Positions 1 through 7,517 are shown, counted from the first letter of the stretch. The stretch is DNA of 42,260 nucleotides from an uncultured Planctomycetia bacterium (GCA_964372955.1 CAYJTC010000002.1:1-42260), one strand, 5' to 3'. Notes: generated by a model from the letters alone, not told the origin. Made by a program: numbers and translations.

Positions 1-2373
1 CCCTCCGATAGCCGACCCGATCACCTCCTGCGCGGCCGCCACGGAAAGCCCGTAGCGGGCCAGCGCCTCTCGCTTGAGCTCGAAATCCAGAAAGTAGCCG
101 CCGGTCACCCGCTCCGCGTAGACCGAGCGGGTGCCGGGAATCGGCTGGAGAATCCTTTCCAGTTGAACGCCGATCTCCTCGATCCTCTTCAAATCGGACC
201 CCAGGATTTTGACGCCGACCGGCGTCCGAACACCGGTGGTCAGCATGTCGATCCGGTTTTTGATCGGCATCGTCCAGGCGTTGGTCGTCCCGGGAATCTT
301 GAGCGCCTCATCCATCCGACGGATCAGCTCCTCCCGGGAGACCCCTTTGCGCCATTCCTTCTGGGGCTTGAGCAGAACCACCGTCTCCATCATCGAAAAG
401 GGGGCCGGATCGGTGGCGCTTTCCATTCGGCCAGCTTTGCCGAAGACCCGCTCCACCTCCGGGAAGCTTTTTAAGATCCGATCCTGCGTCTGGAGCAGGC
501 GCTGGGCCTCGGTGACGGCCAGGCCCGGCAGGGTGGTCGGCATGTAGAGGAAGTTTCCTTCCCAAAGAGGAGGCATGAACTCGGAGCCCAGACTCAAGTA
601 AACCGGGATGGTCGTGGCAACCAGCAGGGCCGCCGCCAGGATCGTCCCCTTCCGATGACGCAGAACGAACCGGCAGGCCGGCTCGTACACCTTGAACAGG
701 CGCCGGCTGATCGGGTGTTTCTCTTCCGGATAATAGGTGCCGACCGCCACCGTGGTCGCCAGCTTCGAGGCCCATCCCTCGACTTTGCTCGGGATGAACG
801 GCAGGCGCAGTTTGATCGGCTCCATCCGGGTGAACATCATCCGCATCGCCGGATCCAGGGTGATGGCCAGCAGCGCTGCGATCGCCATCGCCAAGTTCTT
901 GGCCCAGGCCAGCGGCTTGAAGAGGCGCCCCTCCTGATCCACCAGGGTGAAGATCGGCAGGAAGGCCACCGCGATCACCAGCAGGGAGAAGAAAACGGAA
1001 GGCCCCACCTCTTTCAAGGCCTTCAGCCGCACCGCGTGGTAGTCCCCCTGCCTTCCCCCCTCCACCCATTGCTCCAGCCGCTTGTAGGCGTTCTCCACCT
1101 CCACGATCGCCCCGTCGACCAGCACGCCGATCGAGATGGCGATCCCCGAAAGGCTCATGATGTTGGAGGTCATCTTCAATCCGTAAAGAGGGATAAAGGA
1201 AAGCAGGACCGCGATGGGGATCGTGACGATGGGGATGATGGCCGATGGAAAATGCCAGAGGAAGAGCAGGATCACCAGGCTCACGATGATCATCTCCTCG
1301 ATCAGCTGGTGCTTGAGGGTGTCAATCGCCTCTAAGATCAGCTCCGACCGGTCGTAGAGGGTGACCACCCGGACCCCTTCCGGCAAAGAGGGCTCTATCT
1401 CCTTCAACCGGGCCTTGACCCGGCCGATCACCTTCAGGGCATTCTCGCCGGAGCGCATGATCACCGTACCGGTCACCACATCCCCTTCCCCATCCAGGTC
1501 GGCGATCCCCCGGCGGATCTCCGGCCCCAGGGAAACGGTTCCGATGTTCTTGACCCAGATCGGGGTCCCCGCCTTATCCACCCCGACGGCGATCTCCTCC
1601 AGATCCTGGACGGAACGGGCGTATCCTCTGCCTCGGACCATGTATTCGGCTCCGGAGAATTCCAGCAGGCGGCCTCCCGCCTCCTGGTTCCCCTGACGAA
1701 TCGCCTCAATCACGTCGGTCAGCGGAAGGCTGTATCCCAGAAGCCGGGTCGGATCGATCGTGATCTGGTACTGTTTGACGAATCCGCCCAGGGAGGCCAC
1801 CTCCGCCACGCCGGGCACGCTCTGAAGGTGATAGCGGAGATACCAGTCCTGAAAGGAGCGCAGCTGCTGAAGATCCTGCTTTCCGGAGGTGTCGACGAGG
1901 GCATATTGATACACCCAACCGACTCCGGTGGCGTCCGGCCCCAGCTCGGTCCGGACCCCCTCCGGCAGGCGGGGGATGATCTTGCTCAAGTACTCCAGAA
2001 CGCGGGAGCGGGCCCAGTAAAGATCGGTCCCGTCCTTGAAGATCACGTAGACGTAGGAGAAGCCGAAGTCGGAGAAGCCCCGGATCGCCTTGACCTGGGG
2101 AGCTCCCAGCAAGGCGGTGACGATCGGATAGGTGACCTGGTCTTCGATGAGGTCGGGGCTGCGGTCCCAGCGGGAGTAGAGGATGACCTGCGTGTCGGAG
2201 AGATCCGGGATGGCGTCCAGCGGAATATTTCTTGCCGACCAGACCGCGCCGAACATCGCGGCCAGCACAAGGATCAGAATCAGAAAGCGATTGCGGGCGG
2301 AGAACTCGATGATCCTTTCAATGGGGCCAGCACTTACGGAGCCGTCAGGCGACGTCAAGTGCCCTGGCCTCAT
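1..2373 (-). CDS. cusA: Heavy-metal efflux RND permease, CusA/CzcA family (3' end runs off the window; 791 codons present)
   Basis: Absent from the ORF track because no stop lies in the window. The reverse complement from ATG 2373..2371 reads MRPGHLTSPDGSVSAGPIERIIEFSARNRFLILILVLAAMFGAVWSARNIPLDAIPDLSDTQVILYSRWDRSPDLIEDQVTYPIVTALLGAPQVKAIRGFSDFGFSYVYVIFKDGTDLYWARSRVLEYLSKIIPRLPEGVRTELGPDATGVGW. This matches the CusA N-terminus nearly motif for motif. The same frame at nt 120..1 reads YAERVTGGYFLDFELKREALARYGLSVAAAQEVIGSAIGG. I translated both ends, not every codon in between. No other minus-strand ORF in the track uses this frame. It lies downstream of the adaptor and OMF genes. Confidence 0.93.
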   Translation of the reverse strand, partial: MRPGHLTSPDGSVSAGPIERIIEFSARNRFLILILVLAAMFGAVWSARNIPLDAIPDLSDTQVILYSRWDRSPDLIEDQVTYPIVTALLGAPQVKAIRGFSDFGFSYVYVIFKDGTDLYWARSRVLEYLSKIIPRLPEGVRTELGPDATGVGWVYQYALVDTSGKQDLQQLRSFQDWYLRYHLQSVPGVAEVASLGGFVKQYQITIDPTRLLGYSLPLTDVIEAIRQGNQEAGGRLLEFSGAEYMVRGRGYARSVQDLEEIAVGVDKAGTPIWVKNIGTVSLGPEIRRGIADLDGEGDVVTGTVIMRSGENALKVIGRVKARLKEIEPSLPEGVRVVTLYDRSELILEAIDTLKHQLIEEMIIVSLVILLFLWHFPSAIIPIVTIPIAVLLSFIPLYGLKMTSNIMSLSGIAISIGVLVDGAIVEVENAYKRLEQWVEGGRQGDYHAVRLKALKEVGPSVFFSLLVIAVAFLPIFTLVDQEGRLFKPLAWAKNLAMAIAALLAITLDPAMRMMFTRMEPIKLRLPFIPSKVEGWASKLATTVAVGTYYPEEKHPISRRLFKVYEPACRFVLRHRKGTILAAALLVATTIPVYLSLGSEFMPPLWEGNFLYMPTTLPGLAVTEAQRLLQTQDRILKSFPEVERVFGKAGRMESATDPAPFSMMETVVLLKPQKEWRKGVSREELIRRMDEALKIPGTTNAWTMPIKNRIDMLTTGVRTPVGVKILGSDLKRIEEIGVQLERILQPIPGTRSVYAERVTGGYFLDFELKREALARYGLSVAAAQEVIGSAIGG

Positions 2374-2416
2374 TGATCCCGCCCCGCCCGACAGGGGGGG
2401 ATCGGGATTCCGATTA

Positions 2417-3835
2417 TCAGGGACCATGGTGGTGTCCAGGTTCCAGGGCTGCCTTCAGACGGCTCTCGGAATCCACCAGGAAATTGCCGTTGACCACCAC
2501 CGGCTCTGCCTCTGAAACCCCGCTCTTGATCTCCACGAAGCCCTCCGCCCGGACGCCGGCGGAGATTTCTCTGGGCTCCAAAACCCCCTGCCCCCGATCC
2601 ACAAACAGGATCTGCCGGGCGCCGGTTTCCAGAACCGCCTCCGAAGGGACCGCCAGCCGCTGGCCGAGATCGACCCGGATCTGAGCCGCGGCAAACATCC
2701 CGGGCCGCAGGATCCCCTCCAGGTTAGGAAGCTCAAGCCGGGCGGTGGCGGTTCGGGTCTCTTCGTTGAGCGTGGGAGATAGAAAGACCACCTTGCCCTG
2801 AAGCGGCTCGTCGGGCTGCTGCGGCAAAGTCACCTGCGCCTCCTGCCCTTCCCGGACAAACGGCAGGTCCGCTTCATACACCTGGACATCCACCCAAACA
2901 GTGGAAAGATCGGCGACATGGTAGAAGTCGGCCCCCCGCTCCATGTATTCGCCCGGGAAGACATGCTTCCTAAGCACAAAGCCGTCCAGGGGGGAGGTCA
3001 AAACCAGGGTCTTGGCCGCGGCCCCGCGCTCCTCCAGGGCTTGGATCTGCTCCTCGGAGATGTCCCACCCGAGGAGCCGCTGGCGGGCCGATTCCAGGTT
3101 CTCCTGCGCCCTCTGACGGATCGCCGGATCGGCGCCCGCGGGGACCTCCTCAACCCAGCGGCGGGTCGACAGATACTCCTGCTGGGTGGTGACGAAATCT
3201 GGACTGTAAAAGGAAAAGAGCGGCTCCCCTTTTCGCACCCGGTCCCCTTCGTATCGGGCATAGATCTGGTCGATCCAGCCCTCCACCTTCGGGTGGACGT
3301 GAACGATCCGGGTCTCATCCACCCTCACCCGCCCGACGGCCCGGATCTGCTTGACCATCTGCCGCCTCTGGGCCGGGGCAGTCCTGACCCCAATGAGCTG
3401 CTGCCGGTGGGGAGAAAGCAGAACAGCCGCGTAACCGGCTGGGGTCGCTTCCGCCTGCGCCATCCCAGCCATCCCTTCGCCGCCGGAAACGTGCGTGCCG
3501 CAGACCGGACAGGAGACCTCTTCGCCCGCGCTGGAGATGACCAGCATCGGACAGAGCCGTCCCTCCTGGAGCATGGGGCAGTTGTGCAGGACGCAGATCT
3601 CCTTGGGCGAAGAGGCGGCCGTCTCCTTTTTCACCAGCCGCATGTTGCAGATGGGGCAGTCTCCTGGCCGATCTGCGGTGTAGGTCGGATGCATCGGGCA
3701 GTAGTAGAGATCCGCCCCCTTCTGCAAAGAGTGGGCCCGATGCCGGAGCGCCTGCGTGGCGACGATCCCCGTCAACAGAACCAGGACAACTCCCGCCCCA
3801 ACGGCCAGTCTGCGGCCTCCCGGAATCTTCATCAT
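2417..3835 (-). CDS. cusB: RND efflux periplasmic adaptor (membrane fusion protein, CusB/CzcB family) with N-terminal Cys/Met metal-binding motifs
   Basis: 472-aa ORF. N-terminal anchor RRLAVGAGVVLVLLTGIVA. Metal motifs YYCPMHPTYTADRPGDCPICNMRL, CPMLQEGRLCPML and CPVCGTH. MFP core follows (IRAVGRVRVDETRIVHVHPKVEGWIDQIY, LTSPLDGFVLRKHVFPGEY, ARLELPNLEGILRPGMFA). ATGA start/stop overlap with the upstream OMF gene at 3832..3835. Confidence 0.9.
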   Translation of the reverse strand: MMKIPGGRRLAVGAGVVLVLLTGIVATQALRHRAHSLQKGADLYYCPMHPTYTADRPGDCPICNMRLVKKETAASSPKEICVLHNCPMLQEGRLCPMLVISSAGEEVSCPVCGTHVSGGEGMAGMAQAEATPAGYAAVLLSPHRQQLIGVRTAPAQRRQMVKQIRAVGRVRVDETRIVHVHPKVEGWIDQIYARYEGDRVRKGEPLFSFYSPDFVTTQQEYLSTRRWVEEVPAGADPAIRQRAQENLESARQRLLGWDISEEQIQALEERGAAAKTLVLTSPLDGFVLRKHVFPGEYMERGADFYHVADLSTVWVDVQVYEADLPFVREGQEAQVTLPQQPDEPLQGKVVFLSPTLNEETRTATARLELPNLEGILRPGMFAAAQIRVDLGQRLAVPSEAVLETGARQILFVDRGQGVLEPREISAGVRAEGFVEIKSGVSEAEPVVVNGNFLVDSESRLKAALEPGHHHGP

Positions 3836-5193
3836 GGCTTTCGCCCCTCCTCCGAAAGTTCGTGCTGCTCCCGCAGGGGGATTCCCACCGCCTGCTCGAG
3901 CATGACCAGATGCTGTTCCAAAAGGGCCAGGTGCTGGTAGTAGGTCCGATGCCGTTGGGAAAGCTCCCGCTGCGCCTCCAGCAGATCACCCAGTGGAGCC
4001 GTCCCGGCTCGATAGGAAGCCAGCAGGGAGGAGACCCGTTGGCGGTCCAGCGGAATGAGCCCCTCCTGGCAAAGCTTCGCCGTGGCAAAAATCGCCTGGG
4101 CTTCCTGCCAATGTTCATGGATCCGGCGGGCGATCTGGTTGCGGGCCCCCTGGTAGGCGGCCTCGGTCGATTCCTTGTCGTACAGGGCGGCGCGGACCCC
4201 ATACTTCTGTTTGGTCCAGAACCAGAACGGCAGGACCAGCGCCAAGGTCAGATCCCACGGCCCCATCGGCCCCATCGCCGGATCCCGCAGCTCCACCATC
4301 GTCTCTAAGTCCGGCAGCAGCTCCCGCTTGGCCAGACGGTGGGCGGCCTGCGCCCGCTCCGCCGAATATCTAAAAGCCAGCAGCTCCGGCTGGTTCTCCT
4401 CCGCCTGGGTCAGAAGCTCCTCAGGCCCGGAAGGCACCTCCAGCAGGCTTAAAGGGCCTGGCGGGCCCATCGGGGCTCCGGCCGGCCGGTTCAGGAGGTG
4501 ATTCAGATGCGCCCAGGCCGCTTTGCGGCGGTGCTCCAGGACGGTCAGCTCGTTTTCGGCCTTCAGGCGTTCCGTCTGAACCTGCAGAAGCTCCGGTTGG
4601 CTGAGCGTTCCGGCCGCGTACCGGGCCCGCGCGGTGGCATCGGCCTGCTCAAACAAAAGGATCTGCTCCCGCTGAATCTCCATCTCCCGGTCCAACAAGA
4701 ACAGGTCGTAGTAGCCGGACTTCAGCTCGCTCAAAATCTCCCATTCCCTTTGCTTGAACATCGCCCCGGCCATCTGCGCCTCCTTGACCGCCACCTGCCC
4801 TTTGAGGGAAAGCTTGCCGGGGAAAGGCAGGGACTGAATCAGGGAGTAAAGGATCGTCGCCTGGTTGAGCTTCACGGTGCCCCGCGGGATCTCCTCGAAC
4901 TCCACCCCGATCCTGGGAGCCGGCAGCCCTTTGGCCTGCGGGATCCTCTCCTGCGCGGCCTCCCAGCGCTTCCGAGCGGCCCGCAGGTCCGGGTTGACTC
5001 GCCGGGCCTCTTCCAGCAGAGGAGCCAAGGAAAGGACCCCTGCCCCGTCGGCCGCAAGGGTGGGTGAAGGGTGAAGGGTGAAGGGTGAAAAAGAAAATGC
5101 CATGATGAGAAACCAGGAGACTCTCGAAAATTTCCCGTTCTTGGCCTTCACCTTACACCTTCGACCCTTCACCGTTTTTCCACTAGGGCACAT
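3832..5193 (-). CDS. Outer-membrane efflux factor, TolC/CzcC/CusC family
   Basis: 453-aa ORF with the two-repeat OMF pattern (LSLAPLLEEARRVNPDLRAARKRWEAAQERI and LTQAEENQPELLAFRYSAERAQAAHRLAKRELLPDL). First gene of the C-B-A order. The start is uncertain. ATG 5193 overlaps the upstream gene by 25 nt. In-frame GTG 5151 (MKAKNGKFSRVSWFLIMAFSFSPFTLHPSPTLAA|DG) and ATG 5103 are alternatives. Confidence 0.85.
   Translation of the reverse strand: MCPSGKTVKGRRCKVKAKNGKFSRVSWFLIMAFSFSPFTLHPSPTLAADGAGVLSLAPLLEEARRVNPDLRAARKRWEAAQERIPQAKGLPAPRIGVEFEEIPRGTVKLNQATILYSLIQSLPFPGKLSLKGQVAVKEAQMAGAMFKQREWEILSELKSGYYDLFLLDREMEIQREQILLFEQADATARARYAAGTLSQPELLQVQTERLKAENELTVLEHRRKAAWAHLNHLLNRPAGAPMGPPGPLSLLEVPSGPEELLTQAEENQPELLAFRYSAERAQAAHRLAKRELLPDLETMVELRDPAMGPMGPWDLTLALVLPFWFWTKQKYGVRAALYDKESTEAAYQGARNQIARRIHEHWQEAQAIFATAKLCQEGLIPLDRQRVSSLLASYRAGTAPLGDLLEAQRELSQRHRTYYQHLALLEQHLVMLEQAVGIPLREQHELSEEGRKP
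5056..5173. repeat. Inverted arrays of heptanucleotide repeats bracketing the OMF gene 5' end
   Basis: + strand 5056..5090 is AAGGGTG followed by (GGGTGAA)x4. + strand 5145..5173 is CCTTCACCTTACACCTTCGACCCTTCACC, degenerate complements of the same 7-mer. The two arms flank a spacer of about 54 nt that contains the ATG at 5103. Confidence 0.9.
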
Positions 5194-5642
5194 CCCTTTG
5201 TCATGCCGCAGGCGGTCATCCGGCAGGCGGCCCGAAGCTCCCCAGTTATCATTCCGTTGAGCTTATCCCGCTGGGAAACGTCCAAGATCTTCCGGACCTC
5301 CAACAGGTGTTCCAGGGTGGCCCTCTCCAGAGCCGCCTGCTCCCGCCCAATCTCTCCCACCAGTGAATCCAGCGCCATCCGGTCCGGCTGATCCTGCTTG
5401 ACCAGCTGGATCAACTGGGCCCGTTTCTCGCAGAGAAGCTGGCAGCTCTGCTGTTTCTGGGCCAGGAAGCTTTTTTCCAGAGAAGCCACCTGCTCCTTTT
5501 GAGCCGGCGTCAGATTCAGTCCACGAGCCAAGGAGATTTGTGCCCTTTTAGAGGCGATCAGCTGACAGCATCCCACCGTGGCCAGATAGGCAACCCCCGC
5601 TACGACTCCCAGAAGCGCAGCCCCAATCAAAAACCGCTTCAT
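5169..5642 (-). CDS. Periplasmic metal/stress sensor-like protein, LTXXQ (CpxP/Spy/ZraP) family, with Cys-rich C-terminal tail
   Basis: Chosen start is ATG 5642 (MKRFLIGAALLGVVAGVAYLA, signal/anchor), with GGAGGAGGAGAGG directly upstream. The ORF track start at 5675 adds 11 residues. LTXXQ motif NLTPAQKEQV. All-helical, Q/E/L-rich sequence. C-terminus AACRMTACGMTKGCALVEKR. Lies between the anti-sigma candidate and the efflux genes. Confidence 0.7.
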   Translation of the reverse strand: MKRFLIGAALLGVVAGVAYLATVGCCQLIASKRAQISLARGLNLTPAQKEQVASLEKSFLAQKQQSCQLLCEKRAQLIQLVKQDQPDRMALDSLVGEIGREQAALERATLEHLLEVRKILDVSQRDKLNGMITGELRAACRMTACGMTKGCALVEKR

Positions 5643-5658
5643 CCTCTCCTCCTCCGTA

Positions 5659-5714
5659 CAAAAGGGGTCAGGCACTTTTTGACGCTTTTTGACGAGACTC
5701 TCAGTCCTGACCCC
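5659..5714. repeat. REP-like hairpin, GGGGTCAG family
   Basis: CAAAAGGGGTCAGGCACTTTTTGAC (5659..5683) is identical to 38948..38972. Imperfect stem GGGGTCAGGCAC (5664..5675) / GTCCTGACCCC (5704..5714). The right arm encodes the last codons (GGQD*) of the upstream gene. Confidence 0.8.
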
Positions 5715-6024
5715 CGCTGGTTAACCTCAAATAATTCCCCGCGATCGAGTCGAACGGGGCGTTGCCGAACAGATCCAGCCGCTCCAGCCGCCGAACCTGG
5801 TCAATCTCCTGCCGTTGAGGAAAACCAAAGCCCCAGGTCCAGATGCCGGTCATGATCCCAGCGACGGCCGCCAGCCCCAGCGCCGGGACCGGCAACGCCC
5901 AGACCGGCCGCCCCGGCTGGATCAGCCGGCGCCAAAGCCGCAGGGTGAAATCGGGAGAAACCTCCTGGAGAGGATAAGCCCCCTTCAACAGCCGGTTCAG
6001 CTTGTCATCCGATGAATCTCCCAT
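5701..6024 (-). CDS. Small single-pass membrane protein, candidate anti-sigma factor (CnrY-like in size and position)
   Basis: Chosen start is ATG 6024 (MGDSSDDKLNRLLKGAYPLQEVSPDFTLRLWRRL), with AAAGGGGGGAAT upstream. One TM segment (VWALPVPALGLAAVAGIMTGIWTWGF). Located between the ECF sigma and the periplasmic sensor. No zf-HC2 motif is visible, so the function is inferred from context only. The track ORF extends to 6255 through a repeat element. Confidence 0.45.
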   Translation of the reverse strand: MGDSSDDKLNRLLKGAYPLQEVSPDFTLRLWRRLIQPGRPVWALPVPALGLAAVAGIMTGIWTWGFGFPQRQEIDQVRRLERLDLFGNAPFDSIAGNYLRLTSGGQD

Positions 6025-6160
6025 GGCATTCCCCCCTTTCACTCTATGAAACGCACGAATACAGTCCATCCCCCAAGAATCTTTCGTGTTAAGGGCCCGC
6101 CCAGGGGCGGAGCGATGCGCGAAGGGAACCCCCGGATCGGGGGGTGAAGGAGTTAGAGTA

Positions 6161-6274
6161 CGACTCATGCAAACTGACCCGTTCACCCTGAGCCTGTCGA
6201 AGGGTGAACGGCGATGTTCGTGCTTCGACCCTTCGACTTTGCTCAGGATCAGCACGAACGGTTTTGCATGACTC
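6161..6274. repeat. About 115-bp nested palindromic element (three-way structure) between the ECF sigma and anti-sigma genes
   Basis: Outer stem GACTCATGCAAA (6162..6173) / TTTGCATGACTC (6263..6274), one mismatch. Inner hairpin 1: GTTCACCC (6181..6188) / GGGTGAAC (6202..6209). Inner hairpin 2: GTTCGTGCT (6216..6224) / AGCACGAAC (6251..6259). Translations (PFTLSLSKGE.., ..FDRLRVNG..) resemble the pseudo-peptides I associate with widespread intergenic repeats in environmental genomes. Confidence 0.75.
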
Positions 6275-6278
6275 GTGG

Positions 6279-6848
6279 TTAGAGTAAAGCGGAGAGGCGC
6301 TGCTTGAGGAGGGAGCGGGCGCGGGAGAGGCGGTGCTCGACCGCTTTAGGGGTCATTCCCAGGATCCGGGCAACTTCCTCCTGGGGAAGCTCTTCGAAGG
6401 TAGCAAGAATCAGGGGAACGCGCAGAGGCGCTGGAAGAGCCGCCACCGCCTGCCGGGCCAGGCGGGAGGTCTCCGCTTGGGCCAGCCGTTCCCGGGGATT
6501 GATATCTGAGGGGTCCGGCAGTTTTTCGGCCAGCGGAACCCCTTCCGGGTCCTCTTCCTGCAGGGAGATCGTCTCGAAGGCGGCCGGCTTGCGGCGCAGA
6601 AGATCCAGGCAGTGGTTGACGGTCACCCGGTAAAGCCAGGTGGACAGCTTCGTTTCAGGATTCAAAGTGGGAGGATGCCGGTACAGCTTGAAGAAGACCT
6701 CCTGGGCGGCGTCCTCGGCGTCGGCGGTCGTGCCCAGAAAACGGTAGGCCAGGTTGATGACCCGGGAGGCGTGCCGTTCCATGAGGGCCCGGAACGCCTC
6801 CGGATCGCGGGAAGCGACGCCGCCTAAAAGCTCCCGCTCGTCATCCAC
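6279..6848 (-). CDS. RNA polymerase ECF-type sigma-70 factor
   Basis: 189 aa. Region 2: RHASRVINLAYRFLGTTADAEDAAQEVFFKLYRH and STWLYRVTVNHCLDLLRRK. Region 4 HTH: LPQEEVARILGMTPKAVEHRLSRARSLLKQRL. GTG start at 6848, 3 nt after the upstream stop, with GAGTAGAGG upstream. Confidence 0.92.
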   Translation of the reverse strand: MDDERELLGGVASRDPEAFRALMERHASRVINLAYRFLGTTADAEDAAQEVFFKLYRHPPTLNPETKLSTWLYRVTVNHCLDLLRRKPAAFETISLQEEDPEGVPLAEKLPDPSDINPRERLAQAETSRLARQAVAALPAPLRVPLILATFEELPQEEVARILGMTPKAVEHRLSRARSLLKQRLSALL

Positions 6849-6851
6849 CCT

Positions 6852-7091
6852 CTACTCGATGACGTCGCCGACGATCGGCTCAACCTTGATCCCCTGGCGG
6901 GTCAAATAGCGGACTCCCTTCTCCAGGTTCTCCCGGGTCCCCTCCAACTCCAGCACCATCTCCCCGACCGACTCGGTCACCTTGGCCCGCCGGACGTTGG
7001 GGACCACCCGGCATTTGACCGCCATGGTGTAGATCACCGGCTTCTTGATCAGCCGCTGGGGAAAGATTAGGTGGACGATTTTTTTGGACAT
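6852..7091 (-). CDS. NIL-domain protein (stand-alone, about 79 aa)
   Basis: Chosen start is ATG 7091 (MSKKIVHLIFPQRLIKKPVIYTMAVKCRVVPNVRRAKVTESVGEMVLELEGTRENLEKGVRYLTRQGIKVEPIVGDVIE), which looks like a typical NIL fold sequence. It lies 4 nt after the MoaD-like stop. The 43-codon upstream extension in the ORF track is only the MoaD tail repeat read in another frame. Confidence 0.75.
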   Translation of the reverse strand: MSKKIVHLIFPQRLIKKPVIYTMAVKCRVVPNVRRAKVTESVGEMVLELEGTRENLEKGVRYLTRQGIKVEPIVGDVIE

Positions 7092-7095
7092 CGGA

Positions 7096-7458
7096 TCAGC
7101 CCCCACCTGCGATGGCCGGTGCGCAGAGGCGCCTGGCATCGCTTCCACCTGCGATGGCCGGTGCGCAGAGGCGCCTGGCATCGCTTCCTCCTGCGATGGC
7201 CGGGATGATCGACACCTCATCCCCGTCCTTCAGGGGAGTGGCCTCTGCCTTCAGGAACCGGATGTCTTCTTCATTCACGTAGATGTTGACGAACCGCCGC
7301 AGGCGCCCCTGCGGATCGCACAGACGATCCTTGAAGCCGGGGAACTGCTTTTCCAGGTCCTGGATCAGGTCCTGGACCGTCTGCCCGGAGGCGTCCACCT
7401 CCGGTTTATCTCCGGTCAACTTCTGCAGTGGAGTCGGTATTCTGACAACAATGGCCAT
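7096..7458 (-). CDS. MoaD/ThiS-family ubiquitin-like sulfur-carrier protein with a repeated C-terminal extension
   Basis: 120 aa. Beta-grasp pattern MAIVVRIPTPLQKLTGDKPEVDASGQTVQDLIQDL...FVNIYVNEEDIRFLKAEATPLKDGDEVSIIPAIAGG. Instead of stopping after GG it continues SDARRLCAPAIAGGSDARRLCAPAIAGGG*. Confidence 0.85.
   Translation of the reverse strand: MAIVVRIPTPLQKLTGDKPEVDASGQTVQDLIQDLEKQFPGFKDRLCDPQGRLRRFVNIYVNEEDIRFLKAEATPLKDGDEVSIIPAIAGGSDARRLCAPAIAGGSDARRLCAPAIAGGG
7104..7203. repeat. Perfect 42-bp tandem repeat (2 full copies plus a 16-nt third copy) inside the 3' end of the sulfur-carrier gene
   Basis: CACCTGCGATGGCCGGTGCGCAGAGGCGCCTGGCATCGCTTC occurs at 7104..7145 and identically at 7146..7187. 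7188..7203 repeats the first 16 nt with one mismatch. Confidence 0.95.
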
Positions 7459-7473
7459 AAAAAACTCCTTTCT

Positions 7474-7517
7474 GTCATCCCCGCGAAAGCGGGGATCCTC
7501 GCTTCCGCGAGGATGAC
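7474..7517. repeat. Compound hairpin element between the ThrC-like and MoaD-like genes
   Basis: GTCATCC (7474..7480) pairs with GGATGAC (7511..7517). These enclose two hairpins: CCCCGC-GAAA-GCGGGG (7479..7494) and ATCCTCGC-TTCC-GCGAGGAT (7495..7514). It translates as ..VIPAKAGI.. / ..SPRKRGS.., the pseudo-peptide signature of a common intergenic repeat. Confidence 0.8.

Noticed and set aside
163-2376. Several 60-250-aa ORFs in the track (for example 308..1069 -, 655..1335 +, 1828..2376 +)
   Set aside because: All overlap the unlisted CusA frame, which has near-textbook motifs. Their sequences are Arg/Gly/Pro/His-rich with no domain signal.
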